Source of the DNA: Verrucomicrobiia bacterium
Lineage (GTDB): Bacteria > Verrucomicrobiota > Verrucomicrobiia > Limisphaerales > UBA1319
Reading direction: 5' to 3'
Assembly (NCBI GenBank): GCA_963664225.1
Contig: OY760937.1
Coordinates: 96,001-160,000 of the forward strand
DNA length: 64,000 bases
This document shows positions 29,863 through 40,600 of the stretch, piece by piece (within the stretch, counting starts at the first letter, position 1; each line of letters begins with the position of its first letter). The notes under the pieces are model-generated. The model saw only the letters and a program-made list of their open reading frames with translations, had not been told where the DNA came from and searched no databases. The translations under genes and the position numbers were made by a program.

Positions 29863-30690
29863 TTACACAGCGGCCGAGGCCGAGGGGGCCTGGGGCGGAG
29901 GCGTTGCGAGGGCGGCCAGGGCTTCAATGCCGGGGGCGGCCGCAACGGGAACCTCGGGCGCGACGGGAGCAGGCTCCACGTTTTTGCGGCGGGTGTTCTT
30001 GGCGTCGAATTCGGCTTTGGCCAGGGTGATCGTTTGAACGACCGTGGCCAGAATAAGACGGACGGAACGGATCGCGTCGTCATTTCCGGCGATGGGATAA
30101 TCGGCCAGATCGGGATCGCAGTTGGTATCGACGATGGCGGCGATGGGGATGCTCAGGCGGCGGCCTTCAGCCACGGCGTTGTGCTCGCGCTTGAGGTCAA
30201 TGATGAACATCATGGCGGGCATCTGATCCATGTCGCGGATACCGTCCAGGTTCTTGTGCAGGCGGGCGGCTTCTCGGCGGATGGCGGATTGCTCCTGTTT
30301 GACGTAGGCGTTGATGTTGCCGGTCGATTCCAGGCGCTCAATTTCCTTGAGGCGGTTGATGGATTTCCGAATGGTCTTTAAATTGGTCATGGTGCCGCCC
30401 AGCCACCGTTCGGTCACATAGTATTGACCACACGCAATGGCGGCTTCTTTGACGGCTTCCTGGGCCTGCTTCTTGGTGCCGACGAACAGGACTTTGCCAC
30501 CTTTGGCGACCGCTTTGGAAAGCTGGTTGCAGGCGGTTTCCAGTTGGGTCAATGATTTGCCCAAGTCGATGATGTGGATGCCGTTGCGAGCTTCGAAGAT
30601 GAATTGCTTCATCTTGGGATTCCAACGTTTGGTTTGATGACCAAAATGCACTCCCGCGTCGAGCAATTCCTTAATACCTACACTAATCAT
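29863..30690 (-). CDS. rpsB: 30S ribosomal protein S2
   Basis: GVHFGHQTKRWNPKM, RWLGGTMTN, GNDDAIRS. Confidence 0.98.
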   Translation of the reverse strand: MISVGIKELLDAGVHFGHQTKRWNPKMKQFIFEARNGIHIIDLGKSLTQLETACNQLSKAVAKGGKVLFVGTKKQAQEAVKEAAIACGQYYVTERWLGGTMTNLKTIRKSINRLKEIERLESTGNINAYVKQEQSAIRREAARLHKNLDGIRDMDQMPAMMFIIDLKREHNAVAEGRRLSIPIAAIVDTNCDPDLADYPIAGNDDAIRSVRLILATVVQTITLAKAEFDAKNTRRKNVEPAPVAPEVPVAAAPGIEALAALATPPPQAPSASAAV

Positions 30691-31022
30691 TATCTTTTAT
30701 TCCATTGGTTAAGAACCCGCAATATTACGAGTCATCCCGCGGAATTCGGGATTAATTCAGATGTTGTTATGGCCGCCAACCTTCACACGAAGACTGAACT
30801 TTTTAGGCCGTTTTCCCTTTCCGAATGGAACCACCGATATAGCTCCACTAGAAAGGAGGAGCCACATTAGGACTTAACGGGGCCTGATGCAAACTTATTT
30901 TTCCGGCAGGTTTAACCCGTTTTTTTGGGAGTTGCCGGGCCAATCCAAGTCCCTGATTCGAGCGTTGTCGTTCGGTGGGACAAATTGTCGCGGGTGGCAT
31001 GCGATGAATCGATGGTTTCCTG

Positions 31023-33317
31023 TTAATTGCCGGCCAACTTGCGAATGACTTCCTGCTGCATCTCCGGGGAGAAATGGTTGTAGTCCGGCATTTCGACGTA
31101 GGAGAGTTTATCGTCGGCATCCAGGAATCCGTATCCCTTGTGGGCTTCGTCGAGGCATTGCAGGATGTCCGCCCGGGTTGCCTGGTAATCGACCTGGGGC
31201 AGGACGATGAGGACGGGCCGGGGAGCGATGAGGCCCAGGACTTCGTGGTAATCGTAGGGGATGTGGTCTTCGTGGCCGACAAAAGCGCCGAGGCGGGGAA
31301 TCCAGGGAAGCCATTGGGCCCAACGGCCGACGCCGCCGGTGCCTTTGTCCGGGGTGTCCAGACGCATGGGTGTAAAACCGGCCACGGAAACGACGCCTGC
31401 AATCCGGTCGTCGAGGGCGGCTGCATGAAGGGCGGCCATGCCTCCGGTGGCGTAGCCCAGTGCCCAGATTCGGCGGCCATCCACGAAGGGCACATGTTTG
31501 AGCAAGGTTACCGCCGCCTGAGTGTCGGCAACGGTCCGGCCCAGAATGGACCAGTGGGGGTGGCGCACGTAAAACCGCTGCATTTCCTCGATCCGGCCGC
31601 CGCAGCCTATTTGGTCGAAGGCGAATACCACGAACCCGGCTTTCGCGAAGGTGATGGGAACGGATTCTCCCCGGCGATAGGTGGGGGAGTAACCGCCTGC
31701 ATTGTGGAAGGGATGCAGCCAGATGATTGCGGGCAGGGGAGCGGTGTTGGTAATGCCTGCGGGGTAATAAAGGTCGCCATTGAGGTTGTTGCCAAAATTG
31801 ATCGATTCTTTGACCACGTCGTTTCCCGGGGTTGGCCGGTTCAGGAGCATGGCTGCGGCGCGGGTTTCGGCACCGTAAGCGCCACCGGGGTTTTCGGCCA
31901 TGGCCGGAGCATCGCCCAGGGTCCACAGGATGCGCTGGCGAATGTCGGCGCATTTGGCCTTCCATTGATCCTTGCTGATGATGGGTTTGCCGCTGGCCGT
32001 GGTGCGAAGGTCGTTCAATCCCGCGCTGGGAAAACGCATGGGATCGACGCGTTCGGTGCCGACCTTGAGCCAATCGTTGTAGGTGGGCCATAGGGGCGCC
32101 TGTCCCACGGCGAAACCGCGACGGCCGAACCGGGCATCGAGCCAGTCCATGAAGGCCTCGCTGTCCTCCGTGCCCAGGGTGTGTTCCCCATGGCGGTAAC
32201 GCAGGTTCAGTGAACCCGCAGCGCCCAGGAAGGCATAGACGCGCTGGGCGCCATAGAAGGTTTGCTCGACGGCCCAGACACTTTCCACCGGGTCGTTCAT
32301 GGCGGTGGAAATCAGGCAGGGACGCGGAGCGATGCAGGCTATGAGTTCATGCTGGTCTATGGGGAGCTTGTTTTCGCGACCGGCAAAAAACCTCAGTCGG
32401 GGATGAAACCAATCGGGAAAGACGCGGGTGAGCATTTCGATGCCTTCGCCGAACTGGGTTTCCGAAAATATGCGGAACGTGCACGCGCCTCCCGCGCCGG
32501 AGCTGCTGGAAATGACGGCGGTGATGCGATCGTCCAACGCGGCGGCGATGAGGGAGGTTTTGCCGTTGCGGGAATGTCCCGCCAGGGCGATGCGCGCGCG
32601 GTCCACGAAGGGGAGGGTCTGGAGGTAATCGACGCACCGGCTGGCGGCCCATGCCCTGCGGGTGAGTTTGGACCAGTCGGACTTGGGCCAGACATCGGCG
32701 AATGCACCCGTATCGTCCAGGGAATCCGCGCCCGCATAGATGCAACCGATGTAGCCGCGGCTGACGGCCACCAAGGCCCAGGGCCGATGGTTATCTTGTG
32801 TGATGAACACGGGGAAGGGACCTGGTCCGGGCGGCACGATGAGCTGGATGTTCAGTTTGGCGCGGTGTTCGGGGCCGAACTCAAGGGTGATGCCCTGAAT
32901 GCGGATGTCGCCTTCCACGCGGGAATTGAGGTTGGCGGCGCGCACGTTGTCGGGCGCGGGAGGAACATGGCCCAGGGTGTAGAATTGAAAGAGATCAAGC
33001 AATTGAGCGCGGCGCCGGGTCCAGTCGCTGCGGCTTTTAGCCAGGGTTCCGTCGGAAAAGAGGAAGGGATCGGGGAGTTCAGGCACTCCCGGAAAATTGC
33101 CGAAGTCGGGAGGCTGCGCGCCGGTGTCCTTGAGCCATTTTTCCCAGGGTCCGCTGGGGGGAAGCATGTGCAGGAGGTCGTCCAGGGCCGGGCTGGCGTT
33201 GGTGATGCCGGCGGCGGCCGAGAGGGAAAGCGGCGGCTGCGCGGGCTGGGCCGGCGAGGTTGGCGCGGTAGCCATGATCGTCAGGATTGCTGACAAAAGG
33301 ATGTGGAAAATGTTCAT
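31023..33317 (-). CDS. Two-domain esterase: CE15-like domain plus a second alpha/beta-hydrolase domain
   Basis: GHSRNGK motif, ELIACIAPRP; second domain has FDQIGCG, GYATGG, LIAPRP. Confidence 0.85.
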   Translation of the reverse strand: MNIFHILLSAILTIMATAPTSPAQPAQPPLSLSAAAGITNASPALDDLLHMLPPSGPWEKWLKDTGAQPPDFGNFPGVPELPDPFLFSDGTLAKSRSDWTRRRAQLLDLFQFYTLGHVPPAPDNVRAANLNSRVEGDIRIQGITLEFGPEHRAKLNIQLIVPPGPGPFPVFITQDNHRPWALVAVSRGYIGCIYAGADSLDDTGAFADVWPKSDWSKLTRRAWAASRCVDYLQTLPFVDRARIALAGHSRNGKTSLIAAALDDRITAVISSSSGAGGACTFRIFSETQFGEGIEMLTRVFPDWFHPRLRFFAGRENKLPIDQHELIACIAPRPCLISTAMNDPVESVWAVEQTFYGAQRVYAFLGAAGSLNLRYRHGEHTLGTEDSEAFMDWLDARFGRRGFAVGQAPLWPTYNDWLKVGTERVDPMRFPSAGLNDLRTTASGKPIISKDQWKAKCADIRQRILWTLGDAPAMAENPGGAYGAETRAAAMLLNRPTPGNDVVKESINFGNNLNGDLYYPAGITNTAPLPAIIWLHPFHNAGGYSPTYRRGESVPITFAKAGFVVFAFDQIGCGGRIEEMQRFYVRHPHWSILGRTVADTQAAVTLLKHVPFVDGRRIWALGYATGGMAALHAAALDDRIAGVVSVAGFTPMRLDTPDKGTGGVGRWAQWLPWIPRLGAFVGHEDHIPYDYHEVLGLIAPRPVLIVLPQVDYQATRADILQCLDEAHKGYGFLDADDKLSYVEMPDYNHFSPEMQQEVIRKLAGN

Positions 33318-33675
33318 GCGCAATTGCGGGCCTTTATTAAACCGCATCATCCCACGCCGCAACCTCAATTCTTTCAGGCTGACTCACGAAAAAACAATTG
33401 AGTGACCGCCTAAAAAAGCGCTAGAATCAGGTGTGTGATCGATCGGATCGGCACGCAATGGCGCGCTGGGAGTGGATCGGAATCATAAAGGCCGAAGACA
33501 CAGGATTGAGCCAGGACCTGCAAATGCGTTATCGAGCCACCACAGTGAATGTGTTAAGAATGGCTGTAATCCAGACGCGCAGAAGGAGGCGGACAAGGAC
33601 TTTAAGCGCTTAAATCATTAATTTATGTCAATGCAGGATTAGAAAGACATTTGGGTCAAAGCCGGACGACCAACT

Positions 33676-33945
33676 GTGTGGGAGTATTTAATGGTCTCGG
33701 CATCAGCCTTCGTGGTTATCATTTCAGTTATTGAGCTGCTAGATTCCTATCAGAATGTCACTAATTTTGTAAATATTCCAGCAGATGTTGTTGGACAGAA
33801 GATACACAGTTGTGCCAAGGACTTACGAATAGATTGGATATTCTCCGTGGTTGCTGCATCCGTTCTCGTTCCCAGTATCTCGAAAATATGGGCTGTGTTC
33901 AAACAACCGACGCAAACTGATAAAGGCTGCGGAGGCGGCGGCTAA
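33676..33945 (+). CDS. Small two-TM hypothetical protein, possibly a 5'-disrupted pseudogene
   Basis: AT-rich with two hydrophobic segments. In-frame ATGs at 33625/33631 are cut off by TAG at 33640. Confidence 0.45.
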   Translation: MWEYLMVSASAFVVIISVIELLDSYQNVTNFVNIPADVVGQKIHSCAKDLRIDWIFSVVAASVLVPSISKIWAVFKQPTQTDKGCGGGG

Positions 33946-34111
33946 GGCGCAAGACTCGACCGTATCATCCAGTTGCACTCCCAGCAAATGACCTCATCAA
34001 CGGGGGCGACCATGGATCGGTTTGTTTATGATGATTATAGACGGCAAGAACCCCGAAAACGAAAAGCCAAATCGAGGCCAAAGTAGCGACACGAAACCAT
34101 TAGGGCGTGAT

Positions 34112-34498
34112 ATGCAATATTCGGAGATCGAAAATAAAAACTTAATTTTTGATTATTTTGGTGACTGGCCGTCTTTTCATGATTTTGAAATCCAACGACT
34201 GGTATTAGACAGAGGGGAAGTTGTCAACGGGGACGATCCGTCCCTATATATTCAGGTTGTCGGCTCTCGAGGCAAAAAATCCACAGCTTATCCCAATCCT
34301 GATGGCTGCATCATAGAATTGCGATTTGAAAGCATCGAGAATGTTCGACTTGCTGGATTTAATCACCAGAACGCCATTAATGATATAAATATCCAGCGTG
34401 TTCAGGATGTCCTGAAAGTAAAAATTCTAGGCGCGTATGGAGTTGATGGAGAATTTGAATGCAAGTCCGTAAGGGTTGAATCTCTCAAATCACGATGA
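34112..34498 (+). CDS. Imm50-like immunity protein (orphan)
   Basis: FGDWPSFHDFEI and FNHQNAI motifs; AT-rich. Confidence 0.75.
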   Translation: MQYSEIENKNLIFDYFGDWPSFHDFEIQRLVLDRGEVVNGDDPSLYIQVVGSRGKKSTAYPNPDGCIIELRFESIENVRLAGFNHQNAINDINIQRVQDVLKVKILGAYGVDGEFECKSVRVESLKSR

Positions 34499-34646
34499 AA
34501 AGGCGCAAGAGCGCATACAAAGGGCCAGGCATGCCAGTGAGATGACATGAAGTTTCTTCATGGGCGATTGCGCTCCTTTTTTAAACCGCGGCATCCCTGG
34601 TCGCAATCTCAATCCAAGATCCGAATGGGATAGGCGTGTTTTTGTA

Positions 34647-34751
34647 TGGAGTCCCGGTTTTAGCCGGTGGGACTGCCGCAGCGGGCGGGGGCTCGAAGAG
34701 TTTTACGCGTCTTTCGTTTCCCGCATCATTCCGCCTGAAGGCGGGACTCCA
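34647..34751. repeat. REP-like inverted doublet
   Basis: TGGAGTCCCGGTTTTAGCCGG ... CCGCCTGAAGGCGGGACTCCA. Confidence 0.7.
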
Positions 34752-34858
34752 AACCCAGAGCGCGCATTGGAGGCTACGGTAATTCGCCCTTTCGGGCTGT
34801 GTTTTAATCTTTGGACAAAACGAGTGCGTGGGTGTTTGATATGCGGCTGCATTGTACT

Positions 34859-36313
34859 ATGGAAGACAGCAATTCGTTATTTGAACAAAGAAAAGCCAAG
34901 CTGGCCGCCATGCGCGCCCGCGGGGTCAATCCGTTTGCCAATAAATTCACGCCGACTGAGTCGTGCGCCCAGGCCCGCGCCAATTACGCGGAGGGCCGCG
35001 AGGTGTCGGTGGCCGGACGCATTACGGCGCATCGGGACATGGGCAAAACCCATTTCATCGATGTCCGCGACCAGAGCGGTCGGCTCCAGGTGTATGCGCA
35101 GAAGCAACTCCTGGGCGATGAGCCGTTCGAGGTGTTCAAGCTGCTGGACCTGGGAGATTTCATCGGGGCGCGCGGGACGCTTTTCACGACTAAAACGGGG
35201 GAAATCTCGGTTAAGTTGCATTCGTTTGTCGTGCTGTCCAAGTCGCTGCTGCCGCCGCCTGAGAAATGGCATGGGCTGGCCGATACGGAAACGCGCTACC
35301 GCCAGCGCTATCTGGACCTGATGTCGAACGAGGATGTTCGCGCGGTATTCGTCAAGCGGAGCCGGATTCTGCACGAGATACGCGATTTCTTCCATCAGCG
35401 GGATTACATGGAGGTGGAGACGCCGATGATGCAGCCGATACCGGGGGGAGCCGCGGCGCAGCCGTTCGTCACGCATCACAACAGCCTGGGCTGCAATTTT
35501 TATCTGCGCATCGCGCTGGAGCTTTATTTGAAGCGACTGCTGGTGGGCGGATTTGACCGGGTGTTCGAGATCGGACGCAATTTTCGCAATGAGGGCCTTT
35601 CCCGGCGTCACAATCCTGAGTTCACCATGCTGGAGGCGTATCAGGCGTATGGGGATTATGAGTCGATGATGGAATTGACGCAGTCCCTGATCTGCCATGT
35701 GGCGGAAAAGGTTCTGGGAACGCTGAAGATCGAGCACAAGGACGCCGAGGGCAAATTGATTCACACGATTGACCTGACAGCACCCTGGAAGCGGGTGCGT
35801 TACAAGGATCTCGTTTGCGGCAAGGCGGGCGCGGATTGGTTTGAATTAACGCCCGAACAGCGCAAGACCAAGGCGACGGCCCTGGGCGCTGAAATCGGTC
35901 CCGGTTACGAGGACTTTGAGGTGACCAACGCGGTGTATGAGAAATTGATCGAGCCAACGCTCATTCAACCGACGTTTGTCACGCACCTGCCCAAGCAACT
36001 CGTGCCGCTGGCGAAGCTCGCTCCTGAGGATCCGTCGCTGGTCGAGGTGTTCGAATGCTGCATCAACGGGCAGGAGATCGCTCCCGGTTATTCGGAGCAG
36101 AACGACGCCGTGGAGCAGCGTGAACGGCTGGAACATCAGGCGGGTGGCGAACAGCAGAAGCTGGATGAGGATTTCCTGGTGGCCCTGGAACACGGGATGC
36201 CGCCTGCGGGAGGCATTGGAATCGGAATCGACCGTCTGTGCATGATGCTCCTGGGGCAGGAAACCATCCGGGACGTCATCCTTTTCCCGCAATTAAAGCC
36301 AAAGCAGGATTAG
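34859..36313 (+). CDS. lysS: Lysine--tRNA ligase (class II)
   Basis: YRQRYLDL, FRNEG...HNPEFTMLEAY, GMPPAGGIGIGIDRL. Confidence 0.97.
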   Translation: MEDSNSLFEQRKAKLAAMRARGVNPFANKFTPTESCAQARANYAEGREVSVAGRITAHRDMGKTHFIDVRDQSGRLQVYAQKQLLGDEPFEVFKLLDLGDFIGARGTLFTTKTGEISVKLHSFVVLSKSLLPPPEKWHGLADTETRYRQRYLDLMSNEDVRAVFVKRSRILHEIRDFFHQRDYMEVETPMMQPIPGGAAAQPFVTHHNSLGCNFYLRIALELYLKRLLVGGFDRVFEIGRNFRNEGLSRRHNPEFTMLEAYQAYGDYESMMELTQSLICHVAEKVLGTLKIEHKDAEGKLIHTIDLTAPWKRVRYKDLVCGKAGADWFELTPEQRKTKATALGAEIGPGYEDFEVTNAVYEKLIEPTLIQPTFVTHLPKQLVPLAKLAPEDPSLVEVFECCINGQEIAPGYSEQNDAVEQRERLEHQAGGEQQKLDEDFLVALEHGMPPAGGIGIGIDRLCMMLLGQETIRDVILFPQLKPKQD

Positions 36314-36404
36314 GGATTCGGAGGAGATTTTAACGGGTCGATTTGGAGCCTGATTAAAAGCAGAACTCCAAATCGACCTTATTCTCGAACAGGCCCCGGG
36401 ACAC

Positions 36405-37199
36405 TTACTGGGGCCTGTATTGTAATTTGGCTTCGGGCAGCCAGGTCTGGAGTTGGGCGATGCGCGCATCGTCCAGGGGGTGGGTTCGCAGGAACCAAGG
36501 GGTTGTGCTGCCGCTCTGTTTGTTGAACGCGGCAAAGCGTTGCCAAAATGCGACCGCCGCTTCAGGCGGATAGCCTGCCTGGGCCATATAGACGAGCCCA
36601 ATATGATCGGCCTCGGATTCCTGGCTGCGGCTGTGGGGCAGGGCGATCCCCACCTGTGTGCCTGTTCCATAGACCTGGGTGGCCATGGCGAGAACCTTGG
36701 GATCCGCCTTGAAGATGCCGGAGCCGATGAGCTCGCTTCCGCCGTTGATGATGAGCTGCTCGCTCATGCGCTCCGCACCGTGGCGCGCGATGGCGTGGGC
36801 AACCTCGTGGCCAATGACCGTGGCCAGACCCGCCTCGTCCTTCGTGATGGGCAGGATGCCGGTATAAACGCCGACTTTTCCACCCGGCAGACAAAAGGCG
36901 TTGGCTTCCGGGCTTTCAAAAACGACAAATTCCCACTGGGCGCCCGGGAGGTTGGCAACGGCTGCAATCCGACCCCCGACTTTTTGGACCAGTGCATTGA
37001 TGGCCGGGTCGTGGTTGATGGGGGTGTTCGTTTTCATCTCGTTGAAACTGGTCATGCCCAGTTCCATTTCCTGCCCGGCGGGGATGAAGTTCATCTGCCG
37101 CCGACCGGTCACAGGCACGGTATTGCAGGCGGTGAGAATCACTCCAAAAACGACCATGATCGCCAGGGCGCGACGCGCCTCCAAAATGAATTTCGTCAT
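36405..37199 (-). CDS. M48 family metallopeptidase, lipoprotein
   Basis: LTAC lipobox, NAFCLPGGK, GHEVAH, ESEAD, THP. Confidence 0.93.
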   Translation of the reverse strand: MTKFILEARRALAIMVVFGVILTACNTVPVTGRRQMNFIPAGQEMELGMTSFNEMKTNTPINHDPAINALVQKVGGRIAAVANLPGAQWEFVVFESPEANAFCLPGGKVGVYTGILPITKDEAGLATVIGHEVAHAIARHGAERMSEQLIINGGSELIGSGIFKADPKVLAMATQVYGTGTQVGIALPHSRSQESEADHIGLVYMAQAGYPPEAAVAFWQRFAAFNKQSGSTTPWFLRTHPLDDARIAQLQTWLPEAKLQYRPQ

Positions 37200-37648
37200 A
37201 CGCTATGAATACATAAACCGGGGAAAAAATCAAGGTTCGTAAGTGAGTTTTGGGGTTTTCCTGGCCGAATAAAATCAGGGCACTGGCGATCGTGTTATTT
37301 TTTGGCGTCGCGGCAAATTGGTGGTTGCCGGTGAATTGGAGATCGGAACCCAGGCGGTCGATTGTCCTGTCGGCTTGTTAGTTCCAGCAGTTCACGGGAT
37401 TCGAATCTTGGCGGCTTTCCCCGGCAACCCGCTGCGGGTTTGTGGCGAAGACCATGCAATCCATTCGTCAAACGATGGAATGGACTTTCAGTTTTTGAAA
37501 TGGTTGCGGCGATTGGCCGGTGTCGGAAGTCCAGGCTGGCAGGACGCCACGTTGTTGGCGCTGCAAACGGGAATAAACACATCCGACCTTTCCAAATCAT
37601 GGAATTACGGCTTGCATTCAATAATTAACCCGACATAAATACCACATC

Positions 37649-40600
37649 ATGAACAGAATATCGATGATTATTCTGCGGTGCTTTCCAATAGTGAGCTTCT
37701 TTCGCATAACTCGACATCCTTCTGTTGCGCGATGGGTCGCCATCTCAATGGTCCTCGTTTTGTCAGCTCTGTTGAATTCAGTGACCGCAGCAACCTTCGG
37801 TGATTACACTTACACGACAAAAGACATATATGCGACCATCACCAAGTACAACGGTCCTGGTGGTGACGTGACCATACCAGCCACTATCGAAGGCAAACCA
37901 GTCATCAACATCTGGTCTAGTGCGTTTGCTTCAAAACCCAATTTGACAAGCGTAACCATACCCTTCGGTGTTATGGCAATCTGGACTGGCGCGTTCTCTG
38001 ATTGCAGCGGGCTGACGAATGTGCTGATGCCTGACAGCATAACGAATATAAATACGAAGGCGTTTTTCAATTGCAGGAAACTGACAAGCGTCAGAATACC
38101 CAACGGCGTTACCAGCATCGGGACTGAAGTGTTCTCTGGCTGCAGCAGCCTGACAAACGTCATTATACCCGCAAGCCTTGGCAGCCTCAACGATAAGACG
38201 TTCTATGGCTGCAGATCTCTCCCGGAGATCATAATTCCAAACTCCGTCACCAACCTTGGGTCTTCTGCGTTCAATGGTTGCACAAACCTGACGAGTGTCA
38301 CCGTCTCCAAAGGACTCAGGAGTATGGGGATTTACACATTTTCCGGTTGCACAAGCCTTACAAACATTATCATTCCAAATAATGTCGTGGACATGGGGAG
38401 TTATACTTTCTATAACTGCGTGAGTCTCGCTGACGTTGCGATTCCCATGAATATCACCAGCTTCGGATGGTCTGTGTTCGGCAACTGCAGTGCTTTGACC
38501 AATTTAACGATCCCCAATGGTGTTACCAACATCGGGCCAAATGCATTCTCTGGCTGTACCGGACTTGCGAACATCACGATCCCCAGTGGCATCGCCAACA
38601 TTGGAAACAATATTTTCTCCGGATGCGCCGGTCTGACGAATGTCACGATTTCCTATGGCGTCACCAACCTCGGAGATTCTTCGTTCTCTGATTGTTCTGG
38701 TCTGACGAGCGTCACCATCCCCAGAAGCGTGACCAGTCTCGGGCCGAATGCGTTCTCTGGATGCACCAATCTTGAGAGTGTGTATTTTGCAGGGAATGCG
38801 CCTTCATTGGCTTCTGAGAATACATTCGAAAATGCAAACCAGGCAACAGTTTATTACCGTGCGGAAACCACGGGCTGGGGGTCCTCGTATGCTGGTCGAC
38901 CAACCATGCGATGGATAATCCATTATGAAAGCCAGTTTGCATGGCAAACAAACGAATCGACAATCACCATTACGGGTTACATTGGTGCGGACGGAGACGT
39001 AATCATCCCAAATGAGATCAATGGACTTGCCGTATCCAACATCGGAAACCAGGCGTTTGTGGGGCGGACCAATCTAACGAGCATCCTCATTCCCACCGGC
39101 ATCACCAATTTGGGAGCGTATGCGTTCCAAAGCTGCACCGCGCTCGCGAATGTCACAATTCCCGAGAGTGTCACAACGATTGGACAAAGTCCTTTTAGTG
39201 GTTGCACAGGGCTGAAGACCATCCTGGTGGAGGCGGGAAATAGCAATTATTCCAGCTTGGATGGCGTCTTGTTCAACAAGGACCAGAGGACTCTCATTCA
39301 ATGCCCGGGAGGCAAAACTGCAAGCTATACAATCCCCACCAATGTCATCAGCATCGAAGCAAACGCGTTTTCGTATTGCGCAAACCTGGTCAACATTACG
39401 ATCCCCAACACGGTAACGAACATTGGAAATTCTGCATTCAATAGCTGCACCAATCTGGCGAGTATATATTTTGAGGGCAACGCCCCAACATTCGCACCTG
39501 ATGATCTGTTTTCCAATGCCAGCCACGCTACGGTTTATTACCACCCCGGAATGACAGGCTGGCTGTCAACTTTCGCAGGCCGACCTGCCATGCAATTGAT
39601 TGGCCCTAATGATGGCGATTTTCCATGGCAGCAAATTGGCACAACAATTCACATTGTCGGTTACAATGGTCCTCGAGGGACTGTTACCATCCCTAATGAA
39701 ATCAATGGGTTACCAGTTACCAGCATTGAAGCTTCCGCTTTCTATGGAAATACGAATTTGATGGTGGTCACAATCCCCAACGGCGTCACCAACATCGGAC
39801 CAAGGGCTTTCTTTGGCTGTTACAACCTTATGAGTGTTGCAATCCCGCGCAGCGTCGTCACTATCGGATATTCTCAATTTGGTCGGTGCATAGGATTGAC
39901 GAATATCATGGTGGACTTGCTCAATCCGACATACAGCAGCATTGACGGCGTTTTGTTCAACAAGAACGCAACGACCCTCCTTCAAGTGCCAGAAGGCAAG
40001 ATGGGAAGTTATACGATCCCCGATGGCGTCCGAATCATCAGCGATAGCGCGTTCTTTGATTGCACCGGTCTGACGAACATAACCATACCCACCAGCACGA
40101 CCACTTTCAGATATTATGCGTTTTATGGATGCACAGGCCTGACAGAAATCATGCTCCCCAAAAGCGTCATAAGCATTCTGTCTGATGCATTCACTGATTG
40201 CAAACACTTAACAGCCATCACTGTGGACAACGACAATCCAGCATTCAGTAGCCTGGATGGCGTCCTGTTCAACAAGAACCAGACATCGGTTGTTCAATAT
40301 CCACCCGGCAAGATTGGAAGCTACATAATTCCCAACGGTGTCACCAGCCTCGCAGATAGTTCGTTTGCTTTTCGATACAACCTCACGAGTGTTATAATGC
40401 CCAACAGTCTCACCAACATCGGGTGGGGCGCGTTCGAAGGATGCAGCAGCTTTACGAATATCACCATTCCCAATAGCGTCACAATGATTCAGCATCGCGC
40501 GTTTCAAAGCTGCGCCAAACTGACGGAAATCCGCATTCCCGGCAGCGTTAAAGTCATTCAATCTGACGCGTTCTCCTATTGTAGAACCATGACGAATATC

